The position numbers were made by a program, and so were the translations under genes. The notes below the pieces were generated by a model. That model was not told the DNA's origin, did not search any database, and saw only the letters and a list, made by a program, of their open reading frames with translations. Of a DNA stretch of 63,654 nucleotides, positions 14,006 to 22,745 are shown piece after piece. Position 1 is the first letter of the stretch. Every line of letters starts with the position of its first letter. Source of the stretch: Verrucomicrobiota bacterium (GTDB lineage: Bacteria > Verrucomicrobiota > Verrucomicrobiia > Limisphaerales > UBA8199); the NCBI GenBank assembly GCA_037130375.1, contig JBAXTC010000001.1:1-63654 (forward strand). Reading direction: 5' to 3'.

Positions 14006-16444
14006 TCATACCACCTCCACAGCATCCTGCGGACAAACCTGCCGGCACGAATCGCACCGGGTGCATTTCTCCAAGTCAATCACATGCCGCGCGTAGGGCG
14101 TCATCGGGATCGCGTTGACCGGGCAATGCTGGGCGCAAATCGTGCAGCCGGTGCAGTTCTCGCGCACGCGATACTTGATGAGCGCCGTGCATTTTCCAGC
14201 CGGGCAACAACCCTGAAGATGCGCTTCGTATTCGTCGCGGAAATATCGCAGCGTGGTGAGCACCGGGTTGGGCGCGGTCTTGCCGAGTCCGCACAAACTT
14301 CCCTGGCTCACCTGCGGCGCCAGTTGCTCCAATTCCTGCAGGTGATGGCGGGTGGCTTTGCCTTTGCAGAGACGGTTGAGCAGCTCGAGCATCCGCTTGG
14401 TGCCGATGCGGCAGAAGGTGCATTTGCCGCAGGACTGGTTCTGAGTGAATTGGAGGAAATAACGGGCGATATCGACCATGCAGGCCGTGTCGTCCAGCAC
14501 CACCATGCCGCCCGAGCCCATGATCGCGCCGATGGCCCGCAGCGACTCGAAGTCCACCGGCGTGTCGGCCAGGCGCGCCGGCACACAACCGCCCGATGGC
14601 CCTCCGATCTGCACCGCCTTGAACTTTCGGCCGGCAGTCACTCCGCCACCAATCTCTTCAACGATCTGGCGGAGCGTCGTGCCCATCGGAATCTCGATCA
14701 GCCCGGCCCGGCGCACTTTGCCGGCCAGGGCGAACACCTTGGTGCCTTTGCTGGCCGCCGTACCGATGCTGGCGAATGCCTCCCCGCCGTGCCGGAGAAT
14801 CCAGGGCGTCATGGCCAGGGTTTCGACGTTGTTGATCAACGTAGGCTTGCCCCACAAACCGGATTGCGCCGGGAACGGCGGACGCAAGCGCGGCATGCCG
14901 CGGCGGCCTTCCACCGACGCAATCAGCGCCGTCTCCTCTCCGCATACGAAAGCACCCGCCCCTTCCTTGATCGTGATCCGCAATGGGTAATCACTTCCCA
15001 TGAGCCTTTTGCCCAGCCATCCGCGCAGCTCACACTCGGCGAGAGCGGCTCGCACACGCCACAATGCCTGCGGATATTCGTGGCGGATGTAGAAAACGGC
15101 TTCGTGCGCGCCCACCGCCACCGCGGCAATGGCCAGCCCTTCGATAACCCGATACGGGAAGGATTCGAGAATCATCCGATCCATGAACGCTCCCGGGTCG
15201 CCCTCATCGCCGTTGCAGATCACATATTTGATTGGCTCGGGCTGCTGGCGAACGATGCGCCATTTTTGTCCCGTGGGAAAGCCGGCGCCACCCCGGCCGC
15301 GCAGGCCGGATTGTTCCATAGTTTTGATGATGGCTTCGGGGGTGAACTTAGCGCAGGTTTCCAAAACTGCCGAGCCCTCCCCACTTTGAACTTCGGACTT
15401 CGCACTTCCCACTTCCAGGCAGCTCCTCAAGGCCACAAAGCCATCGTGAGCAAGGTATTCATCCAGGTCCAGAGGGTCGAGCCGCCCATAGTGCTCCATG
15501 GCGATGTGGACTTGCCGGCGGAAAAACTCGCGCTCTCCCGCAACATCCGCGCTCTGCATCCGGGTCGCGCCCGGAGTCGCCGAGGTCTCATCGTCCAGCA
15601 GCAATCCGTCCATCGCCCGTCTCCAGAGCTCTGACGCGCGCCGCACGAGGCCAACAGGGCGAAAATGCGACCGCACCAGATTGCCAACTTCGGCCAGCGC
15701 CAGCCCGGTGTAAGTCGCACTCGACTTGCCCGACGTAACAACCTCGACCATCGGCGTGAGATAGCAAGCCCCGACACAGCCGACACGCTTGACGGTAGCG
15801 TTCGCGCCGCTTGTCGCGACACTCTGCCGCAGAGCCTCGAACACGCGGTCGGTTCCTTTCGCCAAACAGCACGAGTCGAGGCAGACTTTGATCTCGGCGG
15901 CACCGGGGCTGGGAGCACGAGTGCCGGGCGGGGAATTCCAAGACGGCACGTTTGTTTCCGCACCAGACAAGTTCCGGCGGCTGGCCAGAAAGTCGCGGAT
16001 CGTGGCCGGCACCTTCTCGGCGGCCGCGTAACCAACGGTTTCTTCGCCAATCCGCACCACGGGAGCGAGGGTGCAGCACCCAAGGCAAGCGACGGGTTCG
16101 ATGGTGAATTGCCGATCGGCATCGGTGTCCGCGCCATCGGGAATGCGTAAATGACGGCGCAGGGCGTCTTCGACACGTTCGGCGCCTCCGACGTGGCAAG
16201 CCGTGCCATGACAGACATGCACGATATGTTCCCCCACAGGCTCGTGCCGGAACATGTCGTAGAAGGTTGAAACCCCGGCAAGGGCCGCGGGTGTGATTTG
16301 TGTCGCTGCGCAAATGCGTCGCAAGACCTCCTCCGGCAGGTAACCGTAATGATCCTGCATGGCCTGAAGAATCGGGATGACGGCATCGGGGCTGCGCCCA
16401 ATCCGTTCAACCGCCTCATCCACGAATCTCAGATCAATTGCCAT
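14006..16444 (-). CDS. NuoE-NuoF (HydC-HydB-type) fused NAD(H)-binding FMN/Fe-S flavoprotein
   Basis: 812 aa from ATG 16444 ('MAIDLRFVDEAVERIG'). NuoE-like 'CHGTACHVGG...CLGCCTLAPVV' and a second thioredoxin-like 2Fe-2S 'CLDSCCLAKG...CVGACYLTPMV'. NuoF core 'GLRGRGGAGFPTGQKW', 'ICNGDEGDPGAFMDR' and 'SCGKCTFCRIG'. Two C-terminal CxxCxxCxxxCP motifs. Confidence 0.9.
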   Translation of the reverse strand: MAIDLRFVDEAVERIGRSPDAVIPILQAMQDHYGYLPEEVLRRICAATQITPAALAGVSTFYDMFRHEPVGEHIVHVCHGTACHVGGAERVEDALRRHLRIPDGADTDADRQFTIEPVACLGCCTLAPVVRIGEETVGYAAAEKVPATIRDFLASRRNLSGAETNVPSWNSPPGTRAPSPGAAEIKVCLDSCCLAKGTDRVFEALRQSVATSGANATVKRVGCVGACYLTPMVEVVTSGKSSATYTGLALAEVGNLVRSHFRPVGLVRRASELWRRAMDGLLLDDETSATPGATRMQSADVAGEREFFRRQVHIAMEHYGRLDPLDLDEYLAHDGFVALRSCLEVGSAKSEVQSGEGSAVLETCAKFTPEAIIKTMEQSGLRGRGGAGFPTGQKWRIVRQQPEPIKYVICNGDEGDPGAFMDRMILESFPYRVIEGLAIAAVAVGAHEAVFYIRHEYPQALWRVRAALAECELRGWLGKRLMGSDYPLRITIKEGAGAFVCGEETALIASVEGRRGMPRLRPPFPAQSGLWGKPTLINNVETLAMTPWILRHGGEAFASIGTAASKGTKVFALAGKVRRAGLIEIPMGTTLRQIVEEIGGGVTAGRKFKAVQIGGPSGGCVPARLADTPVDFESLRAIGAIMGSGGMVVLDDTACMVDIARYFLQFTQNQSCGKCTFCRIGTKRMLELLNRLCKGKATRHHLQELEQLAPQVSQGSLCGLGKTAPNPVLTTLRYFRDEYEAHLQGCCPAGKCTALIKYRVRENCTGCTICAQHCPVNAIPMTPYARHVIDLEKCTRCDSCRQVCPQDAVEVV
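15383..15416. repeat. Heptamer-repeat-like segment inside the NuoEF coding sequence
   Basis: 'cttcggacttcgcacttcccacttcc' resembles the (GGACTTC)n arrays. It encodes '...GSAKSEVQSGEG...' in the linker just before the NuoF core. Confidence 0.55.
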
Positions 16445-16446
16445 GA

Positions 16447-16602
16447 CGTAAAACCCGAAACCCGAAACCCGCAACAAACTCAAAACACGCAGGCTCGAAT
16501 GTTCCCGGCCTCTTGGCGCTCGCTGGTATTGAATTTCGGATTTCAGTCATTCCAGTCATTCGGATTTCCTTCGGACTTCAGGTTTCGGACTTCGGATTTC
16601 CC
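16447..16602. repeat. Inverted heptamer arrays between the PQQ-like and NuoEF genes
   Basis: (CCCGAAA)3 at 16447-16470 faces (GGATTTC/GGACTTC/GGTTTC)n at 16531-16602. The latter array supplies the last codons of the upstream gene. Confidence 0.8.
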
Positions 16603-18313
16603 CAACACACCACATATTCGTCACCCCGCGCATATAGAGCTTATCTGCTGCGAACGCCGGGCTGGCGTGGAATGCATCGCCCATTTCCGTCCGGAACAGC
16701 TCTTTGAACTGCCGCGCGGCTTCGACCACAACCGCCGTTCCCTTCTGGCTGAGCAGGTAAAGCCGCTTCCCGGCCAGGATCGGCGACGCGTGGCATTCCA
16801 TGTCGAAGTCATGTTCCCAGAGTTTCTTCCCGTCTTTGGCGTCGTAACACGTCAGCATGCCCGAGGTGGTGACAGAAAAAACCAGCTCGCCGTTGCTGGT
16901 TGGACTGGTTACGTCCGGAATGTTGTCTTCGTTGGTCCACGCAACATGGGTCTTGGTGACGTCGCCTTGCCCGTCCGGCCGAATCGCCAGCAACTTCTCT
17001 GACGGGCTGGCCACGAACAGCATTCCGCCGGCGAAGACCGGTGACGGAGTGATTTCACCATTGAGACAGGTCACCCGCCAAAGCTCCACGCCATTAGTGG
17101 CGGCGTAGGCGATCACCCACGGCACGGCGAGCACAACCACCTGGGCTTTGCCGGCAGCCTCGTAAACAATGGGCGAGGCCCAGGATCTGCCCACCTTGCG
17201 CGGGCGCTCCCAGACGGTTCGACCGGTGCGCCCGTCCAGCGCGTAGAGCTTCGATTTGCCTTCATCAGGATCACCCTGGTCGAGCTGCACGATCAACCGG
17301 TCCCGCCAGGTCGCCAGCGACGTGGCGGCTCCATAGGGATTCTTTAAGACGCCAAAACTCTTTGACCAAACCGGCTTCCCATCCAGAGTGAATGCGACGC
17401 AGTCGCCATTCGCAAAAAACGCATACACCCGCCGACCATCCGTCGCCATCGTCGATGCGGCGTAACCTGTGGACTCGGGAATATCCGCTCCCTGCACTGT
17501 GCCCGGAACATTCGTCACCGCCTGCCGCCAGAGCGTTTGACCTGTCTTGGCGTCCAGACAAAAAACCTCGCGCAGGTTCGTGTTGCCGCCCGAAAAGAAG
17601 ACACGGTCCCCCCAGACAATCGGCGAATTGAAACCACCGGCTGGCACGGGAACCTTCCAGGCAATCCCCACGCCAGTCTTCGTATCCCAACTCACGGGCG
17701 CATTGGTTGCGCCTGACACGCCGCCTCCGTCCACTCCGCGAAAACAAGGCCAGTTTGCTCTGAGTTCTTCAACCGAGGCAGCATCCGTGGACATCACGGA
17801 ACCAGCCGAGCCTAACATCTTTTCCGCATCTGCCGGAGCTTTTGGCAAAGCCGTGCTCAGCCCAAGACTCAGAATAAAAAGAAACGTGCCGATCACCCCG
17901 CCGCTGGCCGCCACCGACCAGCGGGCCGTAGCCGCCCCGCAAGCGGTCGATTCCGCGCCATCCGGTTTGGGTCCGGGTGACGGCAGCCGCCTCCGATGAC
18001 GAGCGCTCTGTGTGGCAGCCAGCACAAACACGGCAACTCCACCAAGCAACAAATAGACCCCCGATCCCATCTGCGACAATTGGCGGAAATACTGTTGGCG
18101 GAGCTGCAAATCGAGGGCCCGAATCCGCTCCTTCATCTGTTCATCCGCCGGGTTTAGCCGGAGCTTTTCTTTGTACTCTTTGAGCAACGGCGATTTGAGC
18201 GGATCCTCGGCCCGCGTGCCGAAGTGGCCAACGACCATCGCTACGCCGGCCAATAGCGAGAAGACCCCGGCAATCCACGCCGTCAGCCGCCAGGTGGAGT
18301 TGGTGTTACTCAT
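16556..18313 (-). CDS. Membrane-anchored PQQ-like (BamB-type) beta-propeller repeat protein
   Basis: 585-aa ORF with three N-terminal hydrophobic helices. These are followed by repeated 'VFCLDAKTGQTLW', 'LYALDGRTGRTVW', 'VIAYAATNGVELW' and 'MLTCYDAKDGKKLW' blades. The start overlaps the upstream stop by 8 nt. Confidence 0.75.
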   Translation of the reverse strand: MSNTNSTWRLTAWIAGVFSLLAGVAMVVGHFGTRAEDPLKSPLLKEYKEKLRLNPADEQMKERIRALDLQLRQQYFRQLSQMGSGVYLLLGGVAVFVLAATQSARHRRRLPSPGPKPDGAESTACGAATARWSVAASGGVIGTFLFILSLGLSTALPKAPADAEKMLGSAGSVMSTDAASVEELRANWPCFRGVDGGGVSGATNAPVSWDTKTGVGIAWKVPVPAGGFNSPIVWGDRVFFSGGNTNLREVFCLDAKTGQTLWRQAVTNVPGTVQGADIPESTGYAASTMATDGRRVYAFFANGDCVAFTLDGKPVWSKSFGVLKNPYGAATSLATWRDRLIVQLDQGDPDEGKSKLYALDGRTGRTVWERPRKVGRSWASPIVYEAAGKAQVVVLAVPWVIAYAATNGVELWRVTCLNGEITPSPVFAGGMLFVASPSEKLLAIRPDGQGDVTKTHVAWTNEDNIPDVTSPTSNGELVFSVTTSGMLTCYDAKDGKKLWEHDFDMECHASPILAGKRLYLLSQKGTAVVVEAARQFKELFRTEMGDAFHASPAFAADKLYMRGVTNMWCVGEIRSPKPEVRRKSE

Positions 18314-19691
18314 TCAATGCCTTTGCCGGTTGAAGGTTGGCAGCGGGCATCATGCCGCGCCGCACTAATTCGTTCGGACAATACTCGAAGCATCGCGCGC
18401 AGGCGAAACAATCGCCGCGATCCGGCTCGTAATCGGTTCGCTTGCGGCGCAACGAGAGACTGATCAATTTCACGCCGATCACCAGCCCGGCCCACATCCC
18501 GAAAATCGTGGCCCCCGCGACGAACCGTTCCCGAATGCGCCCCGCCTCGGTGAGAATCTCCTGCGGTGTCTGGCGGGCGCGTTCCAGCGCCAGCTCATCT
18601 GGTGACAGCGCGCCAAACTTGAGAGCGGTTCCCTGCGCCCGCACGAACTGCTCCGCAAGGCTAACCGTCGGATTGAGCTTGGATGCCACCGGGCCAAATC
18701 GCCATCCCAGCCAGCCGCCGCCGGCGATAAGCACGGGAAGCAGCGCCAGCAGCAGCGCCAGCCGCCGGCGGTCTCCGGTGAGAGCCTGCGGCGACGCCCC
18801 GCCGGTTGCGGGCTCGCGCATCGCGCCAAACGGACACGAAGCTTCGCATAACCGGCATTGCGTGCAATAATCCGGCGTTACCCGGACGCGCCATTTCGCA
18901 ACCGTCGCGCCCAGTTTCAACAGCGCTCCATAAGGACAGAGAAACCGGCAGTAGGGCCGGCCTACGAAGACCCCCAGCAGGAGCAGCGCCACCCCGGACA
19001 GCACCATCAACGTCCGCCCGCTCATCCGAAAAATGGGCACGAATGGATCGTATTGGCAGATAATAAATGCGCTGCCGGTCGCCGCAAACAGCACGCCCGC
19101 GCCCAGGTAAATGTAAGGCAGCACACTCAACCCCTGCTCAAGCCACAACGGCACCTTCAACGGCTTCAATAACACCAGATCCTGCAGCGCGCCATGCGGG
19201 CAGACCCCGGCGCAAAAAGTCCGCCCGGCAAAGAGCGCAAAGACCAGGGGCAGCACGAAGAAAGCGACCACGCCAACGGGAACGGCATACTCCCGATCAA
19301 ACACCGCAAGCGCGACGTTTTGCACCGAGCCAATCGCGCAGACACACCCTTTTCGCCAGAATCCGAAATACACCAGTGAAAAAATCGAAAGCGCCATCAC
19401 GCCGTTGCGCGAACGCCGCTTGAATACCAGCCAGCTTGACACCCCCAGGCAGACCGCCAACACCACAACATCGAGATATTGAAAAAACAGCGCCCGCGCC
19501 GCTGGGGTCGTCGTGACCGGAAGCTGATGTCCACTCTCAAATTCCGGCGGTGGAAAACGCTGCTCTGCGATGGCAATGCTGGAAAGAAAGGCAAAAAACA
19601 ACAGCGGACCGAGCATCCAGACCAACCCGCTCCACAAGCCGGCCGTCGCGCTCTGGACTTCGGACTTCGGACTTCGGACTTCGGGTCTCAT
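18306..19691 (-). CDS. NapH/MauN/NosR-type membrane polyferredoxin
   Basis: 461 aa from ATG 19691, which overlaps the upstream stop (ATGA). Multiple TM helices. Two CxxxCP loops, 'GRTFCAGVCPHGALQD' and 'GRPYCRFLCPYGALLK'. Two 4Fe-4S motifs, 'CTQCRLCEASCP' and 'CFACARCFEYCP'. Confidence 0.75.
   Translation of the reverse strand: MRPEVRSPKSEVQSATAGLWSGLVWMLGPLLFFAFLSSIAIAEQRFPPPEFESGHQLPVTTTPAARALFFQYLDVVVLAVCLGVSSWLVFKRRSRNGVMALSIFSLVYFGFWRKGCVCAIGSVQNVALAVFDREYAVPVGVVAFFVLPLVFALFAGRTFCAGVCPHGALQDLVLLKPLKVPLWLEQGLSVLPYIYLGAGVLFAATGSAFIICQYDPFVPIFRMSGRTLMVLSGVALLLLGVFVGRPYCRFLCPYGALLKLGATVAKWRVRVTPDYCTQCRLCEASCPFGAMREPATGGASPQALTGDRRRLALLLALLPVLIAGGGWLGWRFGPVASKLNPTVSLAEQFVRAQGTALKFGALSPDELALERARQTPQEILTEAGRIRERFVAGATIFGMWAGLVIGVKLISLSLRRKRTDYEPDRGDCFACARCFEYCPNELVRRGMMPAANLQPAKALNE
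19655..19688. repeat. (GGACTTC)x4 heptamer array inside the first 15 codons of the NapH-like gene
   Basis: 'ggacttcggacttcggacttcggacttcgggtctc' encodes 'MRPEVRSPKSEVQSA' on the minus strand. Confidence 0.85.
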
Positions 19692-20260
19692 GTTCCGTGG
19701 ATCGTCGTCTTCAGCAAATACGGCTGATCTGCCGGCACGCGGCGGAAGGCATCTCCGGCGCAAACTTTCGAAATGGCGCATTCGTTGCAATTCACGCAGC
19801 GGTCGTGACGCACTTGCAGAAACAGCGAGCCGTTGCCGAAACGATTGCAGCCTTCGACACACTTGGCGCACCCGATGCAGAGTTGCTCGTCAATCGTGTA
19901 TTCGTAATACGGATCCTCGACAAACGTGCGCTTGATCGCAGAAGTAGGGCACAGGCAATTCTCCGCGCCGGTGTTCAGGTCGTTGGGCTCCGGATCGAAG
20001 TAGCCCGTGCAAAGCTGGCAATAACCGCAGATCGCAAAGGAATGAACACACTTGACCGCGGATTGCTCGAGCACGCAATTCGTCGCGCAATTGCCGCAGC
20101 GCACGCATTTCTGAGGATCGATTTGCCAAACGGCCCCTTTGGCGGTGGCGCGGCCCGCCACCACCCCCAGCAAACCTCCCAGCCCCGTCAGCGCCGCCGC
20201 CCGCGCGCCGTCGCGCAGAAACTGGCGGCGGCTAACATTTGGCTCAGGTTTGGAATCCAT
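19688..20260 (-). CDS. Tat-exported NapG-like 4x[4Fe-4S] ferredoxin
   Basis: 190-aa ORF with twin-arginine signal 'SRRQFLRDGARAAALTGLG'. Four Cys clusters: 'CVRCGNCATNC', 'CGYCQLCTG', 'CIGCAKCVEGC' and 'CVNCNECAISKVC'. Confidence 0.8.
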   Translation of the reverse strand: MDSKPEPNVSRRQFLRDGARAAALTGLGGLLGVVAGRATAKGAVWQIDPQKCVRCGNCATNCVLEQSAVKCVHSFAICGYCQLCTGYFDPEPNDLNTGAENCLCPTSAIKRTFVEDPYYEYTIDEQLCIGCAKCVEGCNRFGNGSLFLQVRHDRCVNCNECAISKVCAGDAFRRVPADQPYLLKTTIHGT

Positions 20261-20269
20261 CTGCGGCCC

Positions 20270-21340
20270 TTAAGCGCTGGGCTTGGTTGCTGGCGTTGCT
20301 GCCGTCTCTTTCTTTTTCGCCATCACGCGGACCTCGCCGGTAACGAGATCGAGAATGTATATGCGCTGTTGCGAATCCACCGCGGCATCCAAACCGCCCA
20401 TCGTGCAGTCCGCCGGGGAACACTTGTGCCAATTCTCTGTGAACGACTCCGGCCCGGCAACCACGCATTCGAAGGTTCCGTCGCCGGAGTAAACCTTCAC
20501 CCGGGGCAGACCCTTTTCGCACGTAACACAACGACCGTCCGGCAGCAGGGCCAGACCGACCGGGTTGCAGCACCCGCAGAAGCCCTGGATCGCGCCGGAA
20601 GGCTTGCCCCAAAAGAATTCCAGGTCACCACCCGCGGTGTAGCCTTCCACCCGATGCCGCCCCGGATTGTTGACCCGCACTAGCCCGTCGCGACCCAGTT
20701 CCACATCGAGGTAGGGGCTGGGCACGATCAGACCGGGAACGTTGCGGTCCTTGTTCTTCTCGGCGATACGGCCAGCCAGCTTGCCGGATTTATCGTACCG
20801 CAGCACCACCCGGTTCCCCGCATCAGCCGCAAAGACGTCATTCTCCCCCACCGCCAGCCCCGTAAACCAAGTCCGCTTGCCGGGCGATTCCCAGGCCGCG
20901 GTTCGCTGGCCTTTGCGATCAAACACCTCCAGATGGTCCTTCAGCCCCGCATAAATAGTTCCGTCGCCTGCCACAGCGACACAACGCGCCGAACCGGCAA
21001 GCGCAATCTCATTGACCCTCGCCCCCTGGCGGTCCAGCACGCTCACGTAGTTGCCCGCAGCAACATACACTTGATTCTCCGGCCCGATCGCAATCCGGTG
21101 CGGCTCCGGTTGCGAGGTGGGAAAACGGCCCACTTGTTCGTAATGGATCAGCTTCGGGTCGGTCTGGCGCAACCGCTCCACGTCGTACGCAAATGGGTTG
21201 GCTTCCTTGCCCGCGCTGCCCGCGCCTGCCCGTCGCGTCGAAGCCACCACAGCGGCGCTGCCCACGGCGAGAACTCCGGCGCTGCGCGCGCTTTTCTGGA
21301 TGAAGTGGCGTCGGGTAATGGGTCGGTTCTGGTTTCTCAT
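20270..21340 (-). CDS. Tat-signal NHL/six-bladed beta-propeller protein with Cys-rich C-terminal blades
   Basis: 356 aa from ATG 21340 ('MRNQNRPITRRHFIQKSARSAGVLAVG'). NHL-like repeats ('VYVAAGNYVSVLD', 'DVFAADAGNRVVLRYD'). Cys cluster 'GFCGCCNPVG...GRCVTCEKG...FECVV...CSPADC'. Confidence 0.7.
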   Translation of the reverse strand: MRNQNRPITRRHFIQKSARSAGVLAVGSAAVVASTRRAGAGSAGKEANPFAYDVERLRQTDPKLIHYEQVGRFPTSQPEPHRIAIGPENQVYVAAGNYVSVLDRQGARVNEIALAGSARCVAVAGDGTIYAGLKDHLEVFDRKGQRTAAWESPGKRTWFTGLAVGENDVFAADAGNRVVLRYDKSGKLAGRIAEKNKDRNVPGLIVPSPYLDVELGRDGLVRVNNPGRHRVEGYTAGGDLEFFWGKPSGAIQGFCGCCNPVGLALLPDGRCVTCEKGLPRVKVYSGDGTFECVVAGPESFTENWHKCSPADCTMGGLDAAVDSQQRIYILDLVTGEVRVMAKKKETAATPATKPSA

Positions 21341-21348
21341 GGTCAACC

Positions 21349-21570
21349 TCAATGTTGAGCGTATTTTGCGGAAAGTGCCGGCGGCAGGCCGCAACTGGCA
21401 AAGACACCGCAGCCGCTGCAGATGCCGCGATTCACGCAGCTTTGGCGCGACGACATTCGGCGGCGCATCGCCAGGCCGCCCGCGGCGGTCAGCAGCGTCA
21501 GCAGACCATAGCGCGCCGCAGCACGAACAAACTCGCGCCGGCTTTCAACCTTTTCAGGCGAAAATTGCAT
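21349..21570 (-). CDS. Small (73 aa) twin-arginine-signal protein with CX5CX2CX5C tail
   Basis: 'MQFSPEKVESRREFVRAAARYGLLTLLTAAGGLAM...SCVNRGICSGCGVFASCGLP'. Ends 8 nt before the NHL gene start, with GAGG in the spacer. No family recognised. Confidence 0.5.
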   Translation of the reverse strand: MQFSPEKVESRREFVRAAARYGLLTLLTAAGGLAMRRRMSSRQSCVNRGICSGCGVFASCGLPPALSAKYAQH

Positions 21571-21750
21571 AGCGATGTGGCTGAAATATAACGGAAAAAG
21601 GATTCCCTGCCACAGCAAAAGCAGCTACATCCGTTTTGCCAAACACCAACCCTATTTTGTCCGCCCGATGGCTGAATCTGTCAGATCCCGAACCGGCCTC
21701 TTACCTCGCTGAAAAGTTCGCGCATATCGCCGTGGACACCCTCCTCTCCC

Positions 21751-22557
21751 TTACTTCTTATAAGTTGTTCCTTCTGCGATCCAGGTAATGTCCCGCTTGT
21801 CCGAGCCGGTGTCCATCGGAATGCCGTCCACGTTCCCCATAACCGGTCGTTTTGTTACTGTAGCCATCCATTTCTTGATTTCGGCGTGGCCGTCGGCGAA
21901 CGAGAAGCCGCAAGCGCCGTTGTGATAGGAAGCTGGAATGTCACACCAGGTCCACCGCTCGCTTGGGTCGGCACTGGTACACCAAACGTACCAACCGTCG
22001 TTAATGCTGTCGGGATGTTCATCCAAGGTGACAAAGATGGCGGAAGGAGTTCTGAAGCTGCTGCCCTTTATGAACTGCTGCCAGATGTAGTTGATCGGCG
22101 TTCCCTTGTCGTCCTGTGGACCGACAAATGCGTTCATGGAAATGCTCCTCGCTCGCGGTCCCAGTGGACACGGCTTTTGATCGGCTGGACATTTATAAAT
22201 GCCAGTGTTCTTGGCAACATAAGGCCCCAACAGCGCCCCTTTTATTAGATCCAGGTTCGTGTTTTGTGAATCGGCACCCCAACTAATAACGTTACCCACC
22301 CAGTTATTGCTGGGATTGCCTTGCGTGCCCAGGATAGTTCTGTTGTTGACCAAGCGATCGTTGAAGTCATCGGCATACATACGCCAGGCCAGTATGAGCT
22401 GTTTGTTGTTGTTCAGGCACATGATGCCCTGCGCTTTGGTCTTGGCCTTGGCCAGCGCAGGCAACAATAGCGCAGCCAGAATGGCAATGATTGCAATGAC
22501 GACGAGCAGTTCAATCAGGGTGAACGCTCCATTCTTGCAACGAAGAAGAAATCTCAT
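21751..22557 (-). CDS. Prepilin-type N-terminal methylation domain / DUF1559 H-X9-DG protein
   Basis: 268 aa from ATG 22557. '[33 protein letters not shown]', 'IYKCPAD', and C-terminal '[13 protein letters not shown]' (H-X9-DG). Confidence 0.9.
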   Translation of the reverse strand: MRFLLRCKNGAFTLIELLVVIAIIAILAALLLPALAKAKTKAQGIMCLNNNKQLILAWRMYADDFNDRLVNNRTILGTQGNPSNNWVGNVISWGADSQNTNLDLIKGALLGPYVAKNTGIYKCPADQKPCPLGPRARSISMNAFVGPQDDKGTPINYIWQQFIKGSSFRTPSAIFVTLDEHPDSINDGWYVWCTSADPSERWTWCDIPASYHNGACGFSFADGHAEIKKWMATVTKRPVMGNVDGIPMDTGSDKRDITWIAEGTTYKK

Positions 22558-22745
22558 CCTTACGGACCGTGCTGCAAAACGAGAGTTCTCAAAAAGCTCA
22601 GGGTGGCTCAGCATATCGCTTTAAGTGGTTCAGCCCATTGAACAGGCCAGCACCCCGGGGATAACGCGCGGCGTCTCCACCGGCTTTGCCGCAGGCCACT
22701 GGGCCGTTGGCTCCGCCGGCGAGACGCCGCCGTCTTACAGCGGGA

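Noticed and set aside
13484-15634. 716-aa plus-strand ORF spanning the repeat nest and the NuoEF gene
   Set aside because: It is a shadow ORF of a GC-rich region. The opposite strand carries unmistakable NuoE/NuoF motifs. The product is Pro/Arg/Ser-rich with no motifs, and its 5' part merely reads through tandem repeats.
21571-21750. Sigma-54-type promoter (TGGCA...) upstream of the redox cluster
   Set aside because: 'TGGCAGGGAATCCTTT' lacks the -12 TTGC element at the correct spacing. Only a weak TATATT box was seen, so no promoter is called.
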